Shown here piece by piece: positions 9,339 through 19,301 of a stretch of 64,000 bases of DNA. Numbering within the stretch: the first letter of the stretch is position 1; every line of letters starts with the position of its first letter. A program made the translations under genes and the position numbers. Source of the stretch: Thermoproteota archaeon (GTDB lineage: Archaea; Korarchaeota; Korarchaeia; B14-G2); NCBI GenBank assembly GCA_037917675.1, contig JAVCBW010000005.1:120804-184803 (forward strand), in the 5' to 3' direction. The notes beneath the pieces are model-generated. The model did no database searches. It was not told the origin of the DNA and saw only the letters and a list, made by a program, of their open reading frames with translations.

Positions 9339-10997
9339 ATGATAGAGCTAGGCATGGAGAGACTGCCTTCAAAAGGTTGCAGCAGATACGCTAACTGCTT
9401 GGCTGTCAAGGCTGCACTGGAAGTATGCCTATACCTTCCACAGCAGACATGCTCTAGTCTAAATGGGTTTAAGGCTGAGCTTCAGGATGAGAATCAGGCG
9501 AGAACCCTAGCTAGGTCAGTGCTAAAATCCATGAGGAACATGGCTAAGGCCCCACCAGACTGCAGAGTGCTGCGTAGCATCCACTGTAGGCACGTGATCG
9601 GGCGTGTTGTGGAGGGAAGCAAGCTAGCTAATCTAGCCTGTATCTTCTGCAGGCATGCTGAGTCTTGCAGCTTATGTGCCAGCCTTCTTGAAGTTTGGAG
9701 AGCAGTGAATTCGATGAGCTTCCGTATATGGGAGCCTGCGGAGGAGGTGTTGAGGACAGAGGAAGTTGAGTTTACTGAGGTAAGCTATGTGAGGAGGGGA
9801 GGGAGAGTATATGCCTTTTTCCGGGAGAAAGCTCGTAGCATGCTGCAAGCTGAGGCGCTCAGGGCTTGCCTACGCTTTCTCTCTGAGAGCCCACCTAGCG
9901 GGAGAAGCCTAGGTGATGCAATAGAGCTGGGAGTACATGCTATCGGGGAAGCTCTCCGCAAGCTGGCAGGTTATGAGTGGTTTAGAGAGGTAGCGCTTGA
10001 AGCTGTCATGATGCACTTTAGGCTACATGAAATCTATCCGCTAATAGCAAACCCTAGGGTTACAGAGGTCTATGGGACGCTTGGGCACACACTGTACTTT
10101 GACCACATACACCTAGGGAGATGTGATACTAGGGTACAGCTGACAAAGGAGCTTTATGATAGGATCCTTTCTATAGCTGAGCTAGACCCCTATAGCTGGC
10201 TTGACGAGAAAAGCCCCTCACTTAAAACAAGCATTGAAACAAGGTATTTTAAGCTCAGAATAACTGTAGACGGGGCTCCTCTGGCAGAACCGTCAGTAGA
10301 CATCAGAAACCTCACTAGCATGCAGCTCATGTCTCTACCAACACTGATTAGCATAGGTAGCATAAGCTATCTTGACGCTGCAAAGATGCTTAAGTCGCTG
10401 GCTTCGGGAGCGAATATCCTTGTAGCTGGGCCTACGGGAAGCGGAAAAACTACACTGTGCAATGCGCTTCTCGTGTTCACAGACCCCTCTGCTAGGATAA
10501 TTAGCATAGAGGGGAGCAGAGAGATAGAAGACATGAGCAGATATGGGAAAAAGCACCACATATATGTGGTCCCTCCAGCTGAAAGCGGGGATAAAGGTGG
10601 GAAGTGGGAGGAGGTCATCAAGCTTCTTCATAGGAACCCAGATGTTGTCTTCCTCGGTGAACTGCAACACCAGATGCATGTAGATGCATTCTTTACAGCA
10701 GTGGAGAGCGGGTTTCAGGTGATGGCAACAACTCATGCTAGGTCGCTTGAGGAGCTTAGAGAGAAGTGGACTAGATGGAATAGGCAGTTTGACCCCTATA
10801 AAGTGGATGTCGTTGTCACCATGGAGAAGAATGGGGGAGCACGTAGGGTAGCTACAGTCTACCAGAGGAATAGAGCCGACCTTAAAGGTAGAGAGCGTGT
10901 TGTAGAGAAGATGCTTCAGATCCTAAAGAGAGGAGAGCTACCCAACATCGAGTGTGCTAGAGCAGTAAGACAAGCCTACTATGGGGATGACGGTTGA
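9339..10997 (+). CDS. Type II/IV secretion (CpaF/TadA/VirB11-like) ATPase with Cys-rich N-terminus
   Basis: Walker A GPTGSGKT, Asp box SIEGSREI, Walker B DVVFLGE, His box MATTHA. Confidence 0.85.
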   Translation: MIELGMERLPSKGCSRYANCLAVKAALEVCLYLPQQTCSSLNGFKAELQDENQARTLARSVLKSMRNMAKAPPDCRVLRSIHCRHVIGRVVEGSKLANLACIFCRHAESCSLCASLLEVWRAVNSMSFRIWEPAEEVLRTEEVEFTEVSYVRRGGRVYAFFREKARSMLQAEALRACLRFLSESPPSGRSLGDAIELGVHAIGEALRKLAGYEWFREVALEAVMMHFRLHEIYPLIANPRVTEVYGTLGHTLYFDHIHLGRCDTRVQLTKELYDRILSIAELDPYSWLDEKSPSLKTSIETRYFKLRITVDGAPLAEPSVDIRNLTSMQLMSLPTLISIGSISYLDAAKMLKSLASGANILVAGPTGSGKTTLCNALLVFTDPSARIISIEGSREIEDMSRYGKKHHIYVVPPAESGDKGGKWEEVIKLLHRNPDVVFLGELQHQMHVDAFFTAVESGFQVMATTHARSLEELREKWTRWNRQFDPYKVDVVVTMEKNGGARRVATVYQRNRADLKGRERVVEKMLQILKRGELPNIECARAVRQAYYGDDG

Positions 10998-11608
10998 GAA
11001 AGGTGGATGCTCTATTCCTCGTGCTGCTCACGGCAACAGCAGCTACTGTACCAGCTCTCTCAGCAGCTATACTTGCTACTAGGCTTCTCCTTGTAGCTCT
11101 TGAGAGGGCTGCGTCTAAGAGGGTAGAGTTATCCTATCTGACGTCAGCATACGCCTTCGCATTCACCTACCTAACTGGGCTAGAGAGAGGAGTACCTTCA
11201 GCACTAAACGCAGTGTTAGCTCTTGGTATAGAGCCATATGCAGCTGATCTCAGGAAGCTGAAGGCTGAAGCTCTGAGGGGTAGGCCTCTACAGGAGCTAG
11301 TTTCAGAGTATGCTGAAAGAGTCCCTGTACTCCCATCTAGGATAGCAGTGCTCTCTTCACTAGGCAAGCAGGAGAAGCTAGGCTACATAAGAGAGCTTGT
11401 AGCCATAGAGGTGAGTGAGAAGATATCTGCCTACCTTAGTGCAGCATCACTTGCTGTAGTAGGAAACTACCTCCTACTCCTCATGCTGCTGATGCTCCTT
11501 GCGCTTGGAAGAGTTAGTGGCAGCCACATGCTGGTAGCAGCCATATCAGCCTTCACTATGGAGGTAGGTGTACTTGAGTACTGGAGCAGGACCGAGGCTG
11601 AGGAGTAG
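10994..11608 (+). CDS. Putative TadB/TadC-like membrane platform protein
   Basis: N- and C-terminal TM segments around a helical domain; overlaps the ATPase stop; call rests mainly on context. Confidence 0.55.
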   Translation: MRKVDALFLVLLTATAATVPALSAAILATRLLLVALERAASKRVELSYLTSAYAFAFTYLTGLERGVPSALNAVLALGIEPYAADLRKLKAEALRGRPLQELVSEYAERVPVLPSRIAVLSSLGKQEKLGYIRELVAIEVSEKISAYLSAASLAVVGNYLLLLMLLMLLALGRVSGSHMLVAAISAFTMEVGVLEYWSRTEAEE

Positions 11609-12233
11609 GAGGTTCATATGGGAGACTCCAGATGTAGACGAGATCCTTGGGTTAGCAGAGATCATAGAGAGGACAGCATCACATATGGGAAAGTGTAGAA
11701 GCCTGTATGCTGCTCTGGTAGAGGGGTGCAGAGAGTATAGAGGGTATATGAAGGAGCTGGTTCAGGAGGCAGCCAGAAGAGCTAGCTCAGGAGAGTATAC
11801 GGTGGAGGAGCTTGCGGCAAAGTTGGAGGAGACATTTCCTACGAGAGGGAAGATCCTCAGGCTCCTCCTCCTAAGCAGAGTAGATTTAGAAGAGCTAAGC
11901 AGGAACATCAGAGAGCTCCACATGATGTTGCTTAGTGAGGCTGTGATCGCTAGGAAACTAGCATCTTCTCTTAGAGAGATGCATAGGAGAGCGCTTCTCC
12001 TGCTATCTCTCCTGACAGCCTCATCTATAGGGCTTCTCAGAGTTAGGGATGTACTGGCAGGAGCCAGCGTGCTCAGAGCCGCCCAAAGTACACCTTGGTA
12101 TGCTCTAGCAGCTGTCATGGGGGTTAATATTGTAGTTCTGTCAAGGCTCTGCCAGCTTAGCATAGTTAGGTCTCTGCTAGCTACAGTCTTGGGGGCACTC
12201 TTGGGGTACCTCCTCTTTTGGGTGGTATTCTGA
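11568..12233 (+). CDS. Putative TadB/TadC-like membrane platform protein
   Basis: Helical soluble N-half and three C-terminal hydrophobic segments; coupled within the ATPase operon. Confidence 0.55.
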   Translation: MYLSTGAGPRLRSRRFIWETPDVDEILGLAEIIERTASHMGKCRSLYAALVEGCREYRGYMKELVQEAARRASSGEYTVEELAAKLEETFPTRGKILRLLLLSRVDLEELSRNIRELHMMLLSEAVIARKLASSLREMHRRALLLLSLLTASSIGLLRVRDVLAGASVLRAAQSTPWYALAAVMGVNIVVLSRLCQLSIVRSLLATVLGALLGYLLFWVVF

Positions 12234-12730
12234 ACATGCTGCTAGCTTTAGGCTGCATTCCAATAGCATGCTCTATAGTAACAGACTTGATCTATGGTAA
12301 GGTGTATAACGCGGCCATAGCTGCTGAGCTAGCGATACTAGCAGCACTATCATACACTAGTGGCAGCTGTAGGGGCTTCGCATACCTGCTAGCTACAATC
12401 CCACCTTCACTAGCGTTGTTCTCAGCTGGGCTTGGTGGAGGAGACTGTAAGCTGCTAATGACTACATCAGCCCTCATATCCACCATAAACCTGAAGGCTG
12501 GAGCATACATGTACGTGTACTTTCTAGCCCTACTTCATCCAGCCTGGTATCTACGTGAAGGAAAAGTGAAGGGCATTGTGTCAGCGATGCTAGCTTCTCT
12601 GCCAGCTCCCAAAATAGCCCCATACACGTGGCTAATGCTTGCTGCATCCTCCTCATTTAGCAAAAGAGGGGTGCTAGCTACTCCACTTATTATGCTAGCT
12701 TATACTATGGCAGCTAGCTATGTAGTCTGA
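12218..12730 (+). CDS. Prepilin peptidase, family A24 (short TadV/CpaA-like)
   Basis: TDL...KVYN first Asp and GLGGGDCKL GxGD motif; highly hydrophobic. Confidence 0.8.
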   Translation: MGGILNMLLALGCIPIACSIVTDLIYGKVYNAAIAAELAILAALSYTSGSCRGFAYLLATIPPSLALFSAGLGGGDCKLLMTTSALISTINLKAGAYMYVYFLALLHPAWYLREGKVKGIVSAMLASLPAPKIAPYTWLMLAASSSFSKRGVLATPLIMLAYTMAASYVV

Positions 12731-14042
12731 GCTTTATGTACTCATAAGCTAGCCTCCCGCTCTCAAAGCAGTAGTGTATGCTCCTGAACCCCCTTCTGAA
12801 CTCAGATACCTTCTGGAAGACCTCTCTCGGATCCCTTTTATCGATTATAACCTCTCTAATGAAGCGAGCTATCTCATCCATATCGCTCTCCTTCATGCCA
12901 AGCCTAGTTACCTCAGAAACTCCCAGCCTTATCCCTCCAGGCTCTCTGAAGCCCCTCCCAAGCCGGATGTCCCATGGGAGCAGGTTCCTGTTCACTATGA
13001 TCCCAGCCTCCTCTAGAGCTCTCTCAGCCCAGGCTCCATTCCCATGCTCCCATACGTCTACTAGCACGGTATGGCTCTCTGTGAAGCCTCTCTTCTCACC
13101 CACTACCTTAAAGCCCTCTCCACATAGAGCTTCAGCGAGCCTCTTGGCATTCCTTATGATCTGGCTACAGTACTCCTTTCCGAACTCAAGCATCTCAGCT
13201 AGAGCAACAGCCAGCCCAGCTACATTGTGGAGGTGGTGATTGCTGGTTACACCTGGGAAAACAGCCTTCTTTATCTTCTCAAAGTGTTCTTCGCTATTGG
13301 TTATTATAGCACCATGTTGTGGGCCAGGTAGCGTCTTATGTGTAGACATGCTGACGGTGTCAGCGCCTTCACCTAGAGGATCCTGAAAAAGCCCTGCTCC
13401 AATCAGCCCTGCTACGTGAGCTGCATCATAGTTGACTACAGCTCCGACAGTATGCGCCACCTCAGATAGCTCGCGGACTGGTGCAGGGAATAAGAATACG
13501 CTTGCTCCGAGCATTATGAGCTTAGGCCTGCTAGCCTCGATGGCCTTAGTGGCTCGATCCACGTCTATGGTGAAGTTCTCTTCATCAAAGGGCAGATACT
13601 CCACTTTGAGCCTAGCTACAGCCCCTGCAGTTCCACCGATTTTAGCGCCAGTCTTGCCTATGTCAGGCCCCATTGATATGTGGCCTCCGCTTGGTATCGA
13701 CTGGGCGAACATGGTGTCTCCAGCCTTAGTGAAGGCTGTGTAGATGGCCAGGTTGGCAACTACACCTGACGTCGGCCTGACATCAGCATACCTACATCGA
13801 AACAGCTCTTTCATCAGGTCTATGCAGAGAAGCTCGACTTTATCTATGAGCTTACAGCCAGCATAGACACGTTCACCAGGCCAGCCTTCAGCATATCTAT
13901 GGCCGAAGTCAGAGATCATGGCCTCCTTTACAGCTGGACTCACTATATTCTCACTAGCTATCAGAGGGATAACATTATCGAACCATCTGTGATGCTCTTC
14001 TAGGAGCTTAAAAACCCTTTCATATGCCTGTCTGTACCCCAT
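12714..14042 (-). CDS. glyA: Serine hydroxymethyltransferase, archaeal type
   Basis: LIASEN, HRYAEG, GGHIS, DAAHVAGL, STHKTLPGPQ (PLP Lys). Confidence 0.96.
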   Translation of the reverse strand: MGYRQAYERVFKLLEEHHRWFDNVIPLIASENIVSPAVKEAMISDFGHRYAEGWPGERVYAGCKLIDKVELLCIDLMKELFRCRYADVRPTSGVVANLAIYTAFTKAGDTMFAQSIPSGGHISMGPDIGKTGAKIGGTAGAVARLKVEYLPFDEENFTIDVDRATKAIEASRPKLIMLGASVFLFPAPVRELSEVAHTVGAVVNYDAAHVAGLIGAGLFQDPLGEGADTVSMSTHKTLPGPQHGAIITNSEEHFEKIKKAVFPGVTSNHHLHNVAGLAVALAEMLEFGKEYCSQIIRNAKRLAEALCGEGFKVVGEKRGFTESHTVLVDVWEHGNGAWAERALEEAGIIVNRNLLPWDIRLGRGFREPGGIRLGVSEVTRLGMKESDMDEIARFIREVIIDKRDPREVFQKVSEFRRGFRSIHYCFESGRLAYEYIKLRLHS

Positions 14043-14057
14043 GACATGCTCATGTAG

Positions 14058-15275
14058 CTAGTGCTGAAAACCTTTTCCCATGCTCCATTCAGCTATCCTT
14101 TGCTCAGCTTCATCTAGGAACTTAGAGAGAGTGCTTCTTGGAAGGATAGCTGACCCTGCATAGTCGTGGCCGTCACCGAGCTCTCCGACGGCTCTAGCTG
14201 CTGATGAGATCACTAAGCTTATAGGAGGCTTGCCTCCGGATTCTATCTCTCTCCTGAGGCCTCTGGGGGCTCTCATGGAAGCCTTCATGAGATCTCTACC
14301 ATGCTCTCCAAGCCCGGGGATCTGTGGCTCCAGCTCCATGAGCCCAAGCAGATACTTGCTCTGGTCAACCAGCCTGTAGTTAGAGAGCATAGAGCAGAAG
14401 CTTCCAATAACCTTACTTCCCATCCCTCTAAAGGCTCTGCCAGCATTGAAGTACTGTATGTTCTCGGTTGAAGACAGTCCCTTTCTCGCTAAGATCGCTG
14501 TGAGCCTCTTAAATGCCTTCTTACGCTCACTTCTTAAAGCCTCAGCCATCTCATTGACATCGCTACTGAACCCCTCTAGAAGAGCTTTGACTCCAGCCTC
14601 AGGGCCTCCCTTATAGTACCCCACAGAGCCTAGGACTTGAAGCGTTGAAAAAGCCTTTGAAAGAGAGGAGCCTAAGCTTACAGACACCAGCTGCTTACCA
14701 GACCTCTCTACAGCACCAGTAGATAACGCTTCCTTGAGGACAATCTTGGTGAAGAAGCCATCCATCTTAGGTAACTCGTGTGCTCCGACGAGAGCCACAT
14801 GAGGAAGAGAAGCCCCAGCCAGCTCCTTAGCAAATATGTAAGCCACAATGCTCCCGCTAGCATCGACTTCACCCTGAAAACCATAGAGCTCAGGGTTGAT
14901 GTTTGCTATACGCCTACCTGAGTAATCAGTGTTGTGGTGATCAAGTATGACGATAGCCTCATCAGGCATCATCTCCTCAATGAGGCTGGCATGAGGAGAG
15001 GCTAGATCAGCATAGATGAGTAGGTCAAAAGCTCTCTTATGAAGTAGCTCAAGAGCACTCAAGCTTAGCCTCTCTAGACATATGGTAGTCGGCTGGTAGC
15101 CTATCTTCCTCAAGGCATCTAACAGGATTGCAGCGGAAGAAAGGCCATCTGCATCATCATGGTACACAAGCCCTACACGACTCCAGCTGCCGCCCTTAAC
15201 TAGGTCAACAGCCTCTCTAACAGCTCTCATGAAGTCAGAAGCAGACCCCATGAAGACCCTAATATAGGGGTACAT
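14058..15275 (-). CDS. DHH/RecJ-like phosphoesterase
   Basis: HDDADG, ADL, LDHH, NP and GH.YAG motifs; true start may be the ATG at about 15251. Confidence 0.82.
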   Translation of the reverse strand: MYPYIRVFMGSASDFMRAVREAVDLVKGGSWSRVGLVYHDDADGLSSAAILLDALRKIGYQPTTICLERLSLSALELLHKRAFDLLIYADLASPHASLIEEMMPDEAIVILDHHNTDYSGRRIANINPELYGFQGEVDASGSIVAYIFAKELAGASLPHVALVGAHELPKMDGFFTKIVLKEALSTGAVERSGKQLVSVSLGSSLSKAFSTLQVLGSVGYYKGGPEAGVKALLEGFSSDVNEMAEALRSERKKAFKRLTAILARKGLSSTENIQYFNAGRAFRGMGSKVIGSFCSMLSNYRLVDQSKYLLGLMELEPQIPGLGEHGRDLMKASMRAPRGLRREIESGGKPPISLVISSAARAVGELGDGHDYAGSAILPRSTLSKFLDEAEQRIAEWSMGKGFQH

Positions 15276-15611
15276 AAGCAGAAAAACCTAACGTCCCATA
15301 AGGCTACTAGCCCCTGGCAATCCTCAGGAGGCTATCTGGAATTCCATGTATAAGAGCTGACTCAAAGCTGCCAAAGCATAAAAGTTAATAGACCCCCTCC
15401 AGTAGGGTGTGAAGCCTAAGCAACTTGATCGACACAATGCCTAGCATGCCCTAGCAGGCTAAGAGTAATGCAGATACACTAGGAGATGTTGCTAGCATCT
15501 TCCACCAGTTTAACACATAAGCTATAAGAGACGTAAGGAGAGCTCTGCTCATCTGTTATATGGAGGCTAAGTAGCTGGGAGAAACTCTTAATAGGTTAGG
15601 GGTAACTACTG

Positions 15612-15674
15612 AGCTGATGATGAATGCTTCCGGGACTGAGCTAGGCGATGATGTAAAGGCATTTGACTGAGGGG
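15612..15674 (+). ncRNA. Box C/D methylation-guide sRNA
   Basis: C box ATGATGA 15617-15623, 12-nt guide, D' CTGA 15636-15639, C' GCGATGA 15645-15651, guide, D CTGA 15667-15670; AT-rich promoter-like motif about 25 nt upstream. Confidence 0.85.
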
Positions 15675-15680
15675 ACATAG

Positions 15681-16613
15681 ATGATTAGAGTTGGGGTAGT
15701 AGGCTGCGGCTGGTTTGGTAGAGCACACTGTAGAACCTATAGGACGCTGAGTGGAGTCGAGCTTGTTGCAGTAGCGGACAAAGACAGGCATAGGGCACAG
15801 GAGGCAGCAAAAGAGTACTCCTGCAGAGCGTATACGAGCTTAGAGGAGATGGTGATGAGGGAAGATCTTGATGCAGTCAGTATAGCAGTAACTCCACAGA
15901 TGCTTACTAGAGTAGCAGTAGAAGCAGCTAGAGAAGGAGTAGCAATCCTCCTAGAAAAACCTCTTGCAACAAGCCTAAGTGAGTACGAGGAGCTATACAG
16001 GGTCATTAAGAAGGAAAGCTGCCTGATGATGCCTGGGTTCATAGAGCTCTTTAACCCAGCATATAGAGCTTTGAAGGAGGTGGCTAAACACGAAATAGGA
16101 GAACTATACCTGCTGAGCTCGAAGAGAATAGGATGGAACCCAAAGAGAGAGGTCAAGTGGGAAATAGGAGTCATCCATGACCTTGCAATACATGACATCT
16201 ACTTGTTCAGAGACATGTGTGGACAACCCTCTAGGGTAAATTGCCGAGCAGGGTACATCCTCAACAGCAAGTATGAGGACATTGCGATAATAACAATGGA
16301 GTTCCCTAGTGGAGTCTTCGGGGTGATTGAAACAAACTGGATAACTCCTACAGGGGAAAGGGTGCTTAGAGCCACAGGGTCTAGAGGGTCAGCTGAGATA
16401 GACTTCTTAGCTCAAAGTCTCGAGATCAAGTTTAGAGAGAAGACTGTGAAGCCTCATATGAGGAGGGAGGAGCCGCTTAGAGTAGAGCTCCAAGCGTTCA
16501 TAGATGGCGTTAAAAGAGGGGAGGCGAGACTGAATGAGGATGACGGCTTGTCTGTCTGGAAAATCCTACAAAAAGCCATAGATGAGGCGAGAGGGGGTAG
16601 AGCTAGGTTGTGA
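15681..16613 (+). CDS. Gfo/Idh/MocA oxidoreductase (possibly UDP-sugar 3-dehydrogenase)
   Basis: GCGWFG Rossmann motif, LEKP, GFIELFNP, DLAIHD, NWITP. Confidence 0.85.
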   Translation: MIRVGVVGCGWFGRAHCRTYRTLSGVELVAVADKDRHRAQEAAKEYSCRAYTSLEEMVMREDLDAVSIAVTPQMLTRVAVEAAREGVAILLEKPLATSLSEYEELYRVIKKESCLMMPGFIELFNPAYRALKEVAKHEIGELYLLSSKRIGWNPKREVKWEIGVIHDLAIHDIYLFRDMCGQPSRVNCRAGYILNSKYEDIAIITMEFPSGVFGVIETNWITPTGERVLRATGSRGSAEIDFLAQSLEIKFREKTVKPHMRREEPLRVELQAFIDGVKRGEARLNEDDGLSVWKILQKAIDEARGGRARL

Positions 16614-16805
16614 TAGAGAATTCCTATAGGCTGTGGCTGCAGGTGCTTGAATGAGAAGCTCAGCCAGCTCATCTTCTGCTAGCTGAGCTAGGCAAGATTA
16701 ATGTACAGATCTTCTATGTTAGAGCATAGTGTATGCTTAAGATGACGCCTGAAGCTATTATGTTTGTAGAGATAGCAGCCTGATAGCAGCAGTGGAGGTG
16801 GTGAA

Positions 16806-17909
16806 GTGGAAGGTGAGAGGGCTATTTTCGAGTACAGGGGCTTCAACGAGATATACTACGAGAGCGGAGGAGGCATAGACGAGCTATATGAAAAGGGGTA
16901 TGTTGAGAAGCTTCCAAGTGGAGAGTATGTGATGCCATCAGTAGCAGCAGTCCACTTGCTTGAGCAAGGTAAGGTGGTGATAAGGGAGGAGGGGAGAGAG
17001 GTTACAGCACTGGAGGTCTTAGAAGATGCTGTGAAAGCTAGCCCAGACAATATACTAAGGTACTTCGTCTTTAAGGATCTCAGAACAAAGGGGAGGCTAG
17101 CTAAAGTTGAACTTAACACCCCGTTCATAAGGCTATACCCAAGAGGAGGGAGAGTAGGAGAAACACCAGCAACCACGCTGATCTACTGCATATCAGAGGA
17201 TAAGCCCATAAGGCAGAGCGAAATACTGGAGAAGATAAAGTATGCTCAGCTAGCTAGGAAAAGCCTCATATTTGCAGTAATCGATGACGAGATGAACATA
17301 AGCTACTATGCTGCAGAGGAGTTCGAGCCAAAGAAGATACGTGAAGTAGACTTATCCTTTCCTGAAGCTGATGGCATAGTCATGCATGACAGAGTCATAG
17401 TATGGGACCATGAAGTTGGGAATGCCATATATAAGGCAGGTTTCTGGGGGCACTTTATAGGGGTAGCTAAGCCGAGGCATGACCAGTACTATGAGAAGCC
17501 ACTCCAGCTCTCCCTGACCGAGGCATGCTATCTAGCTGAGAAGAAGAAGATAAAGCTATATAGGGTAGGGACACATAGCCTAGTGAGCACCAAAGAGATA
17601 GCTGAGCTTCATGCTAAAAGCAGGGTTAAGGGAGCAGAGAAGATAGTAGCATACACATACTGGAGGGATAGGGGATACGTAGTTAAGCCAGCGTCAAAGT
17701 ATGGGGTGGACTTCATGTTCTATGAGCTTGGGCCGGGAATAGACCATGGGCCCTATATGTGCCTCGTCTCAACCCCTGATGAAATGATACTCCCAGTTGA
17801 GCTTATCAGAGCAGGGCGTATAGCGACTTCAGTGAGAAAAACCTTTGTTGTGACCGTAGTTGATGGGAGTAGAGTAGTTAACTATAAGTTCAGCTGGAGG
17901 AAGCTTTAA
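16806..17909 (+). CDS. endA: tRNA-splicing endonuclease, fused structural and catalytic units
   Basis: C-unit with catalytic Tyr (SKYG), His (GPGIDH) and Lys (SVRK); N-unit VFKDLR and IDDE..ISYY without the triad; SD GGAGGTG. Confidence 0.92.
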   Translation: MEGERAIFEYRGFNEIYYESGGGIDELYEKGYVEKLPSGEYVMPSVAAVHLLEQGKVVIREEGREVTALEVLEDAVKASPDNILRYFVFKDLRTKGRLAKVELNTPFIRLYPRGGRVGETPATTLIYCISEDKPIRQSEILEKIKYAQLARKSLIFAVIDDEMNISYYAAEEFEPKKIREVDLSFPEADGIVMHDRVIVWDHEVGNAIYKAGFWGHFIGVAKPRHDQYYEKPLQLSLTEACYLAEKKKIKLYRVGTHSLVSTKEIAELHAKSRVKGAEKIVAYTYWRDRGYVVKPASKYGVDFMFYELGPGIDHGPYMCLVSTPDEMILPVELIRAGRIATSVRKTFVVTVVDGSRVVNYKFSWRKL

Positions 17910-18330
17910 GTGGAAGCGGAGGCACTCTCCCAGAAGCCATGTTCAGGAAGTCTCTCAGCTTCATCCACGACCTCCTTGCCTCATCTAGCTTAACTGAGAA
18001 GGTCTTACCCCTCCTTTCAGGTATTTCTGTAGCTCTTATGAAGAAGAGCTCGCCTGGAGCCAGCTTTGTAAACGCAGCCACCAGCCAAGGCTCTGCGCTG
18101 AATTTCTCACAGAATATAGCCAGCTGAGCTATCTCATCCCACGTATACTTGATCCTGTCTCCAGCTGTCGATTTAACTTGGAAAGCATAGAGCCTGCCAT
18201 CTATACAGGCCAAGACATCTGGAGATGGATGTACCGAAGCCCCACTACCAGGGCTTCTGAGAGCCCCATATCCACTTCTCCACATGATGTCCACAAGCTT
18301 ACGCTCGATATACTCACCTCTCTTCGGCAA
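17890..18330 (-). CDS. hjc: Holliday junction resolvase Hjc
   Basis: G..IER.L, R.PGSG, PDVLA, QVKST. Confidence 0.88.
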   Translation of the reverse strand: MPKRGEYIERKLVDIMWRSGYGALRSPGSGASVHPSPDVLACIDGRLYAFQVKSTAGDRIKYTWDEIAQLAIFCEKFSAEPWLVAAFTKLAPGELFFIRATEIPERRGKTFSVKLDEARRSWMKLRDFLNMASGRVPPLPLKASSS

Positions 18331-18331
18331 G

Positions 18332-19240
18332 CTACCACCTTAATGGAGCTGCTATAACATGGTTGCCATCTCCATCAACTATGACTGTAGCCTCAGCTTG
18401 AGCAACAATGCTATCTGAAGACTCAACTAGTGGAGGATAGGCCCTAAGCGCACCTACTTTAGCTAGCTTGTCGAGCTCAGGGACATAGAGTGCTCCAAGC
18501 TCCCTTCTAACCCACCGTCTACAGAACGGTAGCCCTTTGAGGTCAGATGCATATGATAGAATAGGTGCTTCAGCCCTCCTCCTGGGTTTCCTGAACCTAG
18601 CTAGAGAGAATATCTGAGCTGGAGGATGCTCGATCACGGTACCTGCTGCATCAGGAAGTGTAGCGAAAGGCTCGATAGCGAGGACATCTCCTGTCTTAAG
18701 CTTGTATAGCGAGGACCAAGATCTTACGTTTGGGATTGAGACACCTGCATGAAGCCGATATCTCCCTATCATGTGTCCGGTTAGGTTTGAAACAGGCTTT
18801 GCACCATGCCTTCTTATCTCCTCATCTATTATGTAGCTTATCTCACGGACCCTTACTCCTTCTCTCACGTGAGACAGAGCTTTCTCGAGAGCTGCCTCAC
18901 AGGCCTCCTTGAGCTCTACCCCTTGGTCTCCTACACAAACTGAGACAGCTGCATCGGCTATGTAGCCTTCATAGTGTACACCGATGTCTAGCTTTACAAG
19001 TGCAAGCTCACCAACCTCCAAGTCGTCTTCAGGACCTGCTGTATAGTGAGCTGCAATGCTATCCACTGAGAAGTTGACTGGAAAGGCCGGCTTACACCCA
19101 GCTTTACTGATCTCCAGCTCTATCTGATCACAGATGCTCAGAGCAGATGTACCCTGAGAGATGCGCCTAGAGTACTTCATCAGGAGCCTCGATAAGACAT
19201 GCCCAGCCTTAGCATATCCATCTATTACACTGGATTCCAT
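18332..19240 (-). CDS. map: Methionine aminopeptidase type II
   Basis: AFPVN, AAHYT, DIGVH, AD, NLTGH, AIEPF. Confidence 0.95.
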   Translation of the reverse strand: MESSVIDGYAKAGHVLSRLLMKYSRRISQGTSALSICDQIELEISKAGCKPAFPVNFSVDSIAAHYTAGPEDDLEVGELALVKLDIGVHYEGYIADAAVSVCVGDQGVELKEACEAALEKALSHVREGVRVREISYIIDEEIRRHGAKPVSNLTGHMIGRYRLHAGVSIPNVRSWSSLYKLKTGDVLAIEPFATLPDAAGTVIEHPPAQIFSLARFRKPRRRAEAPILSYASDLKGLPFCRRWVRRELGALYVPELDKLAKVGALRAYPPLVESSDSIVAQAEATVIVDGDGNHVIAAPLRW

Positions 19241-19301
19241 TATATGTAGCTAGCAGCCATACAATATATTCTTTTAGAAGACTACACTCTGGACATGATG
19301 T

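Noticed and set aside
16657-16690. Imperfect inverted repeat AGCTCAGCCAGC / GCTAGCTGAGCT upstream of endA
   Set aside because: Built from AGCT words that are abundant everywhere here; no further ncRNA features
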